From Chrysomallon squamiferum (taxonomy: Eukaryota; Animalia; Mollusca), in NCBI GenBank assembly GCA_012295275.1, contig CM022667.1, forward strand, positions 2,170,001 through 2,234,000: a DNA stretch of 64,000 nucleotides, read 5' to 3'. Positions within the stretch are counted from its first letter, which is position 1, and the number at the start of each line of letters is the position of its first letter. The translations under genes and the position numbers were made by a program. Shown here one piece after another: positions 36,260-48,622 of this stretch. Below the pieces are notes generated by a model that saw only the letters and a program-made list of their open reading frames with translations, made no database searches and had not been told where the DNA came from.

Positions 36260-39200
36260 GCATGCATGCATTTAGGTGTGTCTGGGTAAATGTGTTTGTT
36301 TTGATGTTCTTTACTCATATTCAACACACACAGACAAGGAATGAAAGCAATAAAATTTTGTTCCTATTTGCTAATTTTTCTAAAGACTAAGATGAAAAAT
36401 AATCAACAAAATATTTTATTCTTTCCAACTAGAACATGTCTGTAACTGCTTATTTTGTATAATTCAGTTTGGAGACATCTGTCTGGTCTGGTACATTTAA
36501 AATGGTGGAATCTTTTCACAATATTTAATTCTTGTTTGTCCTAATAGTTGGAAAATGTTCAGAATACCAATCAGTATTGATTTTTCTTTCTTAATTTGAG
36601 ACCTAGCAGTTGTTGGAAACTTGTCTCTCCTATTTTAGACATCCTCTTCTTCTTCTTTTTTTTAATTTTTCTTTTTAAATATCTTCTCTATAATTTTGGT
36701 TCCATTAAATGCAGAGCTTACATGGACTGCAGTGTACTATGATGAATAAGTGCCATAAATTTGTAGATGATTTTAAAAATGATAATCTTCAGTATACAGT
36801 CCAAATAACTTGTTTTTAAGAACATTTGTTTTGTGCTAGTAAAAATGATTTTTTTTTGTTTTTGTTTTTTTTGACTGGTCTGTTTTAGGTTAGTATTACA
36901 TAAGAACTGAAGAAGTAGTCACTATATACTTCTCCAGTTCTGCAGATTTATGTCTACTAGTATAAACTTTTCATTAAAGCCTGCCACACAAATCATTGAG
37001 TTTTATCCATCTTATATCCAACTTGGTGACTGCTTTGTCAGCGGTGTTGGTATTAAAACTGATAGCAAGTTGATTTTCTACCAGATTCAGAACTGTATTG
37101 TTAACTGTATTAGACTGCTGCAGTTCCGCTGACAAAACCTCAACCAGTCATGATTGGATTTTCATCATCAATGCTGATTTTAATGTCTGTCCATAACATT
37201 GTCAAACTAAATCTATACCACCTCATAAAAAAGAGGGAAAGAAATGTGTTAAGATTATTAAATTGAAATACGATGAAACAAAAATATTAAAAAACAACAA
37301 CAAAAAACGAAGAAAACACATTGTTTTGTATTTACTATTCTTCTTAGCACTTCAAACATACATGTACACTTAGTTGCATGCTTGATTTAAGAAACTTATT
37401 TACATTTTTAATAAACTGAGATTGTTTACTTAACAAATTTTTTGCTTTCATTAAGCTTATCTTTTATTCTTTTTTTCCTTTTTTAAAATTAATTAATTAA
37501 TTTTTTTTTTTTTTTTTGTCTTTTTCTTTAATGTTTTCCTTTAAAGAATTAATGATTATTATTAGAAGTTACATAATTAGTATCTATGAACACATGCTAA
37601 TATTAGCACTGAAAGATGATCGTTCTTGTCTCGGTGGTTAACTTGTTTTGAAACCAACACAAGACCTGAAGGAAATGGTTTTCTTTGACACATTTCTAGA
37701 GGACATTATTGTAGCAGCAGCCATCTGTTTTAATGAGAATAGTTTTTATCTGCTTGTTATATACTCTCATCTTTCAACTAATTTGATATATTTGTACTTT
37801 ACTACTTCTCCTTCAGGGTTCAACAAGTAATCTGTACTTTTTGAGTTTGTATGCGTGTGTTTCAGTTCAAGCTATTTTGAATTTGATGAAACTATAGAGC
37901 TGTCTCAGAAGGTTCTTACTGAAATGAACAGTGAATTTGATCTTCTATAATTTTAAGATCTGTCTTGAGAAAAACAAGCAGTTTTATTTTTCAGTGTATG
38001 CTGGTGCTTGGATATTGCAGGATAAATGCAAAACCTGGAATACATTATATTAATATTGATATTATGAAACCATTGGTTAATTTGAAACCATCATCATTAC
38101 GTTTACATGAGAATTTCTTAATATAGTTTTGGCTGTTTTAATCTATGTCTTAAAATTATATTTTGAAAATGAAAATGACTGCTTGATATTTTGGTAATTT
38201 TATCAATGTGAATATATGTATTTGTGTGTGTTAATGTGCATCTGCAAGATTACCCTGAAATGTATTAGATTTACGTAAAATATTGGTTGTAAATGTGCCA
38301 CTTTCACTAACCCAGTATAGAATATCATTTCTCATTGTTAAGTTATTTTGCCTAAAATTTTAGCACTCTGTCAAATATTTTGGATAAGCATTGTATAGAA
38401 AAACATGGACCATATATAGGTTGAGTGATACGATCCTCAAGATCTTTATTACCTGATGGTTGGTTTTCTTGTCAAATTCGTTAGTTCTGTTATAAATAAC
38501 CTCCCACTCTCATTAAAGTTGGATAACTCTGTCACTAACAGTTTGGACGTGCATATACCTAGATTTCTCTTTTTCTGTTATTATTTTTATATGTCCGTTC
38601 ATAAAACCTCTTCTTCAGTTCAATGTCTATAAGCAATTGCAGATTAAAGAGAAAATCTGCTTGAAGATGCCAATGTAAGTATAGTGAATACAACTACTTT
38701 GATTTACCAGTGTTTTCATGTGAAGGACAGGCATAAATATTTCTCCATCAGCTTAAGATGAGAAGAATCAAAAGATCATTGGAGAGTCTGCTCTAGTGGC
38801 TTTCACTTAATGACAAATCATGCTTTCAACTCAGAACTGTCAACTTACCATTCTATTTGCCTTGCTGTAGCCTGACCCTAGATCCACACCACTGATCTCA
38901 GATATATGACCACTATAAATCTAATGTGTTTTGTTAATGGACTCCTGACATTGACAGACCATTAGTGAAAGCGTGCGGTGTAAAATAGTTTTAAGATTTT
39001 TAATTTTATTTTTAACATGCTCTTAGTTCTTGTTCTGGGTTTTTTGTGGCAGTTTATTTATTTATTATTAACTTTTTCTCTTTTTTTTTTTTGCTGTTTT
39101 TAATTTTTAATTTAATTTTATTTAAATCTTTTTTTTTTTTTTTTTTTGAAAGTTCATTTGTTGTTTAATTCTATAAGCAGAGTATATAAAAAGAACAATA

Positions 39201-40403
39201 GAAAAAATAGAAAAGAAAAAGAAGCAAAAACATATCCACTCAGTCCAAAATTACCATATTCAGTCATTTGATAACCACGTCTTCATTCATTTACAATATT
39301 AAAAAGTTAATGTTATTAGGATAAAAGTAATATATGTATGTATGTATATAATATATCAGGAATTTGATCAATGAAATGACTGAAATGAAATGATAAATAT
39401 TTGTTTGGTATATATTTTCATATTAATCTTCAATGTGTAAATGATGCATGTTTGAAAAAGGAGAGCTGATCTCTGCTGTTACTTATTCAGCAGATAGGAA
39501 TCAGTTATGTGTAGTTTCTCCACAGATCTTTTATAAATACTTCCTGAGGCACTGTAAAGAAAATGTTTATCTTGTGTGCAAATAACAGTTTTTGAATGAT
39601 TCTTTACTGCAACACTTTATGAATAAATAACCATCAATTTATTCAGTGGCATGGCCTGATTGTCAGAAGATAAGACTTCTGGCCTCTTTAATCAAGATTT
39701 CTACACAATTGTTTTCATATTTGCTCTCAAAGCCATGAATAAATTGTTAATATATCACCAACTAAAAAAATAAAATGCCTGGGATAAATATATGTCTGGC
39801 AGTGATAAATGGTTACTGATTTAAAAATATATATATATATATATATATTTTTTTTTTAGTCTGTTCATCATTACTGGTTTATAAACAGCCAAGTTGTTTA
39901 TTTTCCTATTTGAGTAGATGTGTATGAGATATCTTGTGTTTCTTGAATGATCTTCTTTATGTTATTATAATAGAATTAAGAAAACTGAAAATCAAATATT
40001 GTTTTTACAGAGTTTTATTTCTTCTTTTTTTTTGGTTTATATATTTATTATCTTGATTTTGTTGGGGTTTTTAATTTGTCTGTTTATTTGTTTTGTTTGT
40101 TGTTGTTGTTTTAGGATATTAAGATGATTAACTTACAATTTTAAAAGAATAATAATAGTTGTGGTGATGTTCAAGAAAAACTGAATTCTTTATATTATAA
40201 TGATAATGATTATTATGATTATTTTATGTTAATTATAATTATTTAATTTTTTTATTATTATTATTTTTTTTTTAACCATCTTCCAAAGAATTTAGTTTCA
40301 GGTTTTTAGAGTTAAGTTAATGAATTTCATTTTCTTTCTTCTTTTCTCCATTTTTTCTTTTTTTTTCTTTTAAATTTTTTTTTGGCAATACTTTTCTGTT
40401 TCT

Positions 40404-40446
<43 letters not shown>

Positions 40447-41126
40447 GGTTTTCATTTTAAATTTTCTTTTTTATTATTATTATTATCTCACAAAAATTGA
40501 GCTTGTTACATAACGTTCATCAGACAAATACAACTCATTAAATGTTTGCCTGACATTCTGAATAGAGATGAAGACAGGCATGAACATGAACTTGTCTTCA
40601 TTAAGAAAATAGTTAAGGGATGTAAAACGAGCCTCGTAAAAGTCACATAACAGAAGAAAAGCTTTTAATTGTATGTCAAATTATGTAATAGCATCATTAA
40701 TTTCTTTATCTGTATCCGATTTGTTTTTCTCATTTTCTTTAACCTGTATACTTGCTAGTAAATAAAAAAGAAAACATTTTCTTCTTCCCATGTCAGTATC
40801 ACTTTGTGAGTTGGACTTTATTCAGAAATGGTTGGCTTATGGAAAGTGGCCGTATTTATTTAATTTAAATCATACATCTAAATGTAGATCAGTATTAAAG
40901 TAGTATTTAGTTAGTTTATTTTTGAAATTAAACTCTATTAGTACTATTATGTCTTTGTACTACATGAGTATATTTACAGAGTATGAACTGTTTTGTAAAA
41001 CTGTATACTCATATGCTGTTCAGACACTACTTATGTAGATCCATACTTACATAGCAATTCCTAACTTTTTGTTTAAAATTGTTGGTCATACATGAGTATT
41101 TTATAAGGTATGTAACCAGTAGTTAA

Positions 41127-41166
<40 letters not shown>

Positions 41167-41200
41167 ACATAATGTATAGATTAGGAAAATGACCATACCA

Positions 41201-41251
<51 letters not shown>

Positions 41252-41579
41252 TATACCTATTGGGTTTAATGTATGATAAACTTCATGTGCTTGAAGCATA
41301 AAACATATCAATATACTTTTTATATTTAGCAAACTGCAAAAACCAAATCTGCTAACATATTTTCACAAGATACAACAGTATTCTTTTTTTTTATTAAGTG
41401 AATACTAAAAATCTATCTGCTAACTAAATTTTCCATAAACTAGCTACACATTAAATGTCAAAGAGTTGCATGTAGCTCCCAAGAAATAGTTTGATTCCTG
41501 GTATATAATGAGGCATGCTGTTATTACCTTTTCCTTTTATTTTTTGATCAATAATTACTTAATGTTTTTGTTACCATTA

Positions 41580-42355
41580 ACTGAAATTTTTCCTTTTGAG
41601 AGAGATTTGCTAGTGCATAAAACTACAATGATGCAAAATGACATTTATGTAAATCATATACATAAAAAAGAAGAAGGAATCGTAATGAGATATTCTGTTA
41701 TCTAATAAAGCTAATCTGCTTTCAGTTACATAAACAAATCTTTTATCGTTAGTTAATTTTTACAAGAGATTTGCATAAAACTGCTGTGAAATGTAGCATT
41801 TTCAAATTATACGTTGTGAATAGATCCTTTATTAAGAAAATGATCGAATAATATAAAAAAAAATATTAGGAAAACACAACCACAGTTTGTTAGATATTTT
41901 GTTAAATAATATTGTTAATTCACTGATATTTTATCAGTTTTATTTTATTTTATTTTATTTTTGTTATTACATTTCATTTTATATTTATTTATTTATTTTA
42001 TTATTATTATTATTTTTGTATTTTATATTTAGTAATTATTTTTATTAAAGAAATAATTTTTGAACTTACTGTGCAACACTGATTCATCATTTTAATATCT
42101 GGTTTTTTAATTAAGAAAATTGTCAGATAAAACTTGTAAAAACTGAATAGGTTAAAAACAACAAAAAAGATATTTTGTTATGATGTCATTAATTCACATT
42201 TTCTATTTTTATTTTTTTTTTATTGTTTTATTATTACAATTTTATTTATTCTTATTTTTGTTTTTCTTAATCATTTTCTGTTAAGACTTACATTTGCTAG
42301 TGAAACAACTGAATTATCTTTTTAAACCTAGTGACTACATCTTCATTTAAATAAA

Positions 42356-42398
<43 letters not shown>

Positions 42399-42690
42399 TT
42401 TTAGTGACATGAAATATTGTATAAAACAAATGTAAAAATTTTGAAGGTATAATAACATAATGAAATATTCATTTTATTTAACAGCATTAATCTCACCTTA
42501 CATGTAATATTAAAAACTCGTTTCATTATTAATTTACTTGTCATTTTACTATCACTCAGGGATTTGCTAGTGCATAAAATTGCAATGAATTACTTTTTTT
42601 TTTTTTCATTAACCTTTTAGTTCAATAATACAAAATAACATTTCTGTAAATTACGTTATAAGAAGAGCCTGTAATGATTCATTTGAATAG
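41580..42690. repeat. Old, degenerate local duplications with AT-rich spacers
   Basis: GATTTGCTAGTGCATAAAA exact at 41604 and 42561; diverged copies near 41766 and 42292. Confidence 0.65.
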
Positions 42691-43142
42691 TAAATTTAAT
42701 AAGCTGTCATTTTTAAAATATCAAAATACTAAAAAGATTCTTTTTAATCAGCAAAAAAAATAACTTGTCACCCATTCAGACCTGGATTTTGTTCTCCAAC
42801 TTTCTTATTAATCCACATTCATTAAATTTGAAAACATTATTTTCAGTTTCAACAGCTTTTCCTTTTCTTTTTTTTCAATGCACAACACCAGAAACCAGTT
42901 TTAATAAATGATTTTGAAGGAAATGAATCATATTTTATTACTTTCTTCAGTATCTCTAAATCCATTATATTTTCTATTTTAATATTTAACTGTTTGTTAA
43001 GTATATCTTTAGAGATGATATATAGGTGTGTGTTTTTGTTTTATAGATTGTTGCTGTAGTAATAGGTATACTAAAAAAAAATGAAAATACTTTTGGATCA
43101 TGCTTTATGTAATGATTTATAATTGATCATTTGCACTAATAA

Positions 43143-43195
<53 letters not shown>

Positions 43196-44809
43196 TAAAT
43201 AAAATTAAATTTTGAGTTGATCTCTTTACATTTATTTTATCATTTTATTTCATAAACCTGAAAATTGTCTAACTAAATATAGATTATTTCAATTTGAAAT
43301 AAAACCCATAAATGTAGCATAAATAAAACCATAAATAAATTGAAAGATAAAATGTCTTGTTTACCAAACCGACCTAAGCCAAATGTTAACAACTTATTGC
43401 CAACACTGATGGTAATAAAATAATTCAGGTTATTCTACAAAATGTTTCCACTTCAGATGTTGGTGCACAAATGCACAGAGGTTATTGCTGTTGATACATA
43501 AATAGAGATCTATGCCATGATCAACTAAATAAGCAATTTTTGTTTCTTTTCTATTTTTAATTTTTTATTATATTTTTTTTCTCAGTCTTTTTATTTATTG
43601 TATCATTTTGTTGTGTCCAAATTAATGACCTTTTTACATTCACTATGTAACTGAAAAATTACTGATCCTTTTTCTCTCTTTGTTCACAGTGGTATCAGCA
43701 GTAATAAATCAATATTATGCACCTTCCCATAATTTTGAGAGAAAATCGCTTGAATTTGTATCTACCAGAAAAATATAAATATATATAGATATGTATATAC
43801 ATATGTATATGTGTATATATATATGTGTGAGAAAAGCATATATATTTATATATGCTTTTTGCAGACAATTTATGTTTAAATGAAAACGGAGTATATCAAA
43901 TCCAATAATTGTTTTAACAAAAAATATTTTGACATTAAGATCTTAATGTGATCAAAATAATAAGGAAAAAAAGAAGAAAGAAAAGAAATAAAAGGAAATG
44001 TAGAATCAAACAAATAGCAACAAAAAAAATCTCTTTGAGTTATTACTAATCCCAGTTTTAATATACTGAGCATGATCTGAGCATAAAATTATCAATGTGA
44101 GGGAGAATCTATTAATGGATAAAGTATATTAATAGTTTTACGACTTTGATCAGCACAACTGAGAAAGTATTAAAAACTATTTTTGCATCTTTGTTTTCTT
44201 TTTTTTTTTTTTTCTTTTTATTTCCTGTAGAATGTTTTTTTCTTCTATAAACAGCTTTTTTATATCAAGTTTACCACACCATTAATTGTAGGTGGGTGTT
44301 TTTTTTAGGATTTCTATTTTCTTTTTTAAATTTTCTTCTTTATACTTTATTTTTATTTTTTGTGTTTGCTGTTTTCCTCTTTTCTTTTCTTTTTCTTTAA
44401 TCTTTTTTGTCTTCTGGGGGTTTTGGGGTTTTTTTTTATTATTATTATTATTTTATTTTTTTTGTTTGTTTGTTTGTTAATTAAATAAAAGCAAATTATC
44501 TTTTTTCATCATTTGTTTTTGTGGGGTTACCTTTGATTTTCTGTATGGAAGATATTCTTTATTTGTTTATTTAGTTTTAAATTTTAATTTTAAATTTTAG
44601 TTTGAGGATATTGGCAGCTGCAGTAATTGTAATTTTTGTTTATTTTAATTTATTTATTTATTTTTTTGTCAAGTTGTTGGCAAAGATGTTGCTGTAGGTC
44701 TTGTAACATTTAGTGGCTTCATAAGATCCAATACCCATTTTAAAACAGCAGCCTTCAGCATTGTGATGAATTTATGTTGCCATTAAGGTGTTTTCTGAAC
44801 ATAAAAAGT

Positions 44810-45060
44810 TAATTAAATGTTGCCAAACTAAACTCATATATACAAAAATATAGATAGCTGAAATGTCATACAAATATCTGTTAAAATATGGCAAGGGTAT
44901 AATGATTTAAAATGTTGCAATATTGCAAGCATGTCTGTTAAATAAAATATTGCTATGTGGGAAAGAAATCTGTTAAAATATTGCTGAATGGCAAGGTTTT
45001 AAGTTAAAGTAGTGCTATATGACAAGCATTCAGGTTAATGTACTTGTCAAACTGCAATAT
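44810..45060. repeat. Degenerate ~31-bp minisatellite (CTGTTAAAATATTGC...)
   Basis: Recurrent TCTGTTAAAATA and GGCAAG. Confidence 0.6.
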
Positions 45061-47044
45061 TTTGATTTCCAATGGGCATATCTCTCTTAATCTGATAACT
45101 GCAAAAGAAATCTAAACAGTATGATTATGGTCAAGCTGGCATAAAAATGTCATAGAAATGCTTCATTGGGTTGTTTTTTTTAAAGTAAAAATTGTTATTA
45201 TTAACACATGTTCCATCCAAGCCAGTTTTTTTCAATTGTTTTATCAAAGATCTTAGTATGTGCTTTTCCATTTGTAGGAAAGAATGCATAAAACATCATT
45301 GCCTGCTAATTCAAAAGCAGTAATCCATAATGAGCTGGAAGAAGGTTTCCTTTATTAAACATGTTTATAATGCCATATAAGTGCAGAATAAAAATTACAA
45401 GAGACCATTGTAAAGAAACAAAATAAATGCCTTCTCCCAAATTCAAATTTAAAATTCCTGGATATAATTTAATACTTTAAGAAAAATATACATAACCGTT
45501 GACTTTCTGTGAAATCTCACTGAGGTGATGTGAATGTGCAGTGTTAATGTAACCAGTTATAAAGGAAGAGTGTGTTTCAAACTATTTGCAAACAGTTTCG
45601 GCTTTGATAATCAAATTTGCACATTCAGTCTGCAGCAAGTAATACGTTTTTAAATGGTTTCTTGGCAAACCTGAATGTAATCATTTAAAGAATGTCTCTG
45701 TGGATAACACATTCAGCATACTGATGTTTGTGTGAGTTATCTCACATCTATTTATCATCTCCTTGTAGTCTTAAAGAGTGTGATCCCAAGAGCAAAAATA
45801 AAGACATTTATGTATTGACTTTGGTGATCCTATCTCACAAAAATGATTTGGCCATGTCTACAACTAGTGGTCATCGTTTAATTGAGCTTTCGTAGATTGC
45901 AAATCAATTTATTGAGTGTCAGTGTTGTCGCTCGCAAGTGAAAAAGGTTGCAGGACAGTTCAAAGAATGAACAGAGATCAAGTAAATCCATACGTAACTT
46001 GATGGACTGGTAAAAGATGAGTTACTTTTTCGATTGCACTGATTCAGTCTTAGGTGCTATAAATCTTGGGATAAACTTCCCAGCAGGCATTATGCTGGCA
46101 TTTACTAACTCTGAATCATGAGAATAATAAAGGATAATGGACTTTATTTGATTATGTTATGTTATATTTTTATTTATTTTATTGATTTATTGATTGATTG
46201 ATTGATTTTTTCTGTAGAAGCTAATGGATGAGGGATAAAATATAGAAGTGTTCTGAAATAAAACAATACACATACATTCATAATAATAATAATAAAATCA
46301 TTTTGAAAAATTAATCAAATAATTAACCAAAGACATTAAAATCTAGAGAAGAAATATATTAGTAACAGAAAACAGATCTAATTTGAAAAACAATTTATTT
46401 TATTTAAATACTATTTTTTTTTTTTTTTTAAATCTACTTATAAATCTAAATTAATCATGTACCAGATTTTTAACTTTCATTAAGAAAAATATTACAGCTA
46501 TTGACATTTACAGAATAACTGGTTACGTGAGTTCATTTCACCTTGAGGCATGACAAAATAAAGTATTCTGTAAGGCTGAATTGGAACTAATATATGTTGG
46601 CACTGTAGTGAAATCCAAGTCCAGGTTCGATATTGCCTTTAGCATGAAAACTGGAATAATAGTGGAGTGATTGATGATAATGTAGCAACATCACTATTAT
46701 TTGTAACAGTGGAAGCATACACTCTTCTTTCCTTATGTGCTCTGATAATAGTATTTGATCACTTAAATATGGTCAGAAGTTTTAAAAAAGTCAACAAAAT
46801 GTTGTAATGGGGTAATAAAAGAAATTCAGCGTGAAAATAATACTAAATACAGTAATAATGATGATGATGATGATGAACATTTAAATAAATTAGCAAGAAA
46901 GTTTAAATTAAATTTCTTTTTTATCCAACCTATTTAGGGTATGATTGATTGTGTTTAACTTTGATCCTAATACAACTAACAAACTATTTCAAATCTGCTT
47001 GTCTGTCCATTAACTGAATGTAAAATATGTCAGTCTTGGGCACT

Positions 47045-47330
47045 AGTCTTACTGCTTGAAGAACAAGGCACTGAGTTCAGTGTGAAACTTCTAATGCAGT
47101 AACATAACAACTCTGCACTGTCGTTCACAAGCACAGCAAAAAATACTGCTCATCTATGATTAATAAAAAGGTTAAATCTTACTTGAAGCAGAAAACCAGT
47201 TCAGTGGCAAACTTCTAATACAGCAGGATAATGTAACTGTTATACAGTGGGATTCTCACCACAACTCAAAAAAAAAAAAAAAGCCTGAGATTAATAAAAA
47301 GGTTAAATCTTACTGCAAGCAGAATAGTGA
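47045..47330. repeat. ~131-bp degenerate tandem duplication
   Basis: GATTAATAAAAAGGTTAAATCTTACT at 47158 and 47289; AGTTCAGTG..AAACTTCTAAT twice. Confidence 0.8.
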
Positions 47331-48070
47331 GGATGTCTTAATACAAAGACATCATAAAACTTTGTTATATAGGTTGAAGTCAGCATCCAAAACCAAAACA
47401 AGAGAGTCCTGAAACTTAACCAAATCTTGCAAATTCTCATACATGGTAACAGTCCAAGTACCCAGCATTATTACACAACTGAACACAAATGAAAAAAACT
47501 TTTATCTAACCAAAATAATTTTATCAAGCATTAAAGGTTACTGATGAATCATGAATAAACATGATCAATCAAGAATGGTCAAACACTATCCTTTTGGGGA
47601 TTTTTTCGTATTTATTGAAGATCAATATATGAATATTCTGTTTATGACAAGACACGTATTAATGAAATCATAGTAGCTTACTGTTAAAGAATAACACATT
47701 AAGTTTCCCAAGCTTTCCCTGTTAAAGACATGATCTTTAACCATAAACTTGGCACCAAGTAACCATAGATAAAAAAAAGTATTGAATGCATTGTTAAACT
47801 AAGGATTGAGAAACCAGAACCGAAATAGGAAATGTTTGGATTATATGGCAGTAGATTCTGCCCTTCAGTGTCAGAATGAACAATTTGTGAGTATACCTTT
47901 AAAAAGCATGATTTCCTATTTCCTATTTTCTTTCCTTCCCCCCTCCCATTTTTCTGTATATTATTATTATTAATTACTCTTTCCTGTTTTTTCTTGGTAG
48001 CTTACAAGATAAATAATCCTTCTCTTTTTTTTTTTTTTTGAAATTGGTTTTCTTATTGTTGTTCCTTTTT

Positions 48071-48101
<31 letters not shown>

Positions 48102-48591
48102 CCATTAAATCCTTTTCTCTGTTGATCTGGTCTCTGGCTTTCAGTCTAACATTGCTTCCTTCCTTGGTAATAAAACAGAATGAATGTGAGAAAGTCACAA
48201 AATATGTGTGTTGTCACTAACACTTAGTGTGAGTGTCCTCAGTGGACACTATTTTCACATGTTGATCTGTCTGAGTTACTATGACTGTCATTGTTAATCT
48301 TTTAATGGAAACTACAACAATTTTATATCTCATTAAAGACAAAGAGACAAAATTCTGTATCAGTGTATTATTTTAAATCCAAATATTTTTGCTGATCTGG
48401 TATACTGTGCTATATAAATAATAAATAAATAGAGAGATAAATTAATTATTTTTTCTTTGATTCATATTACCTTGAAGGCTGTTTAATCTTAATTTTTTCT
48501 TCTCTTTTAAGTATTTAAAAATACAGCTTCATAGCATCCTTTGAAAATCAGTGGAAATTAATATGTGATTACACTGCTGCTAAATTAATCG

Positions 48592-48622
<31 letters not shown>

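Noticed and set aside
38873-38889. Resemblance to miR-279 (TGACCCTAGATCCACAC)
   Set aside because: The seed is disrupted by extra bases and there is no precursor hairpin.
40568-40601. 10-bp hairpin ATGAAGACAG/TTGTCTTCAT
   Set aside because: Too short for a pre-miRNA and lacks SECIS geometry; expected by chance.
43832-43859. 13-bp inverted repeat AAAAGCATATATA/TATATATGCTTTT
   Set aside because: Largely an AT-microsatellite palindrome; no other support.
44758-44866. Possible C/D-box snoRNA (GTGATGA ... CTGA ... CTGA with short terminal stem)
   Set aside because: No recognisable rRNA/snRNA antisense element; overlaps a minisatellite; far from any 3' splice site.
47542-47572. Hammerhead-like CTGATGA followed by hairpin ATCATG/CATGAT (similar near-miss at 57459)
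   Set aside because: No GAAA after stem II and no stems I/III.
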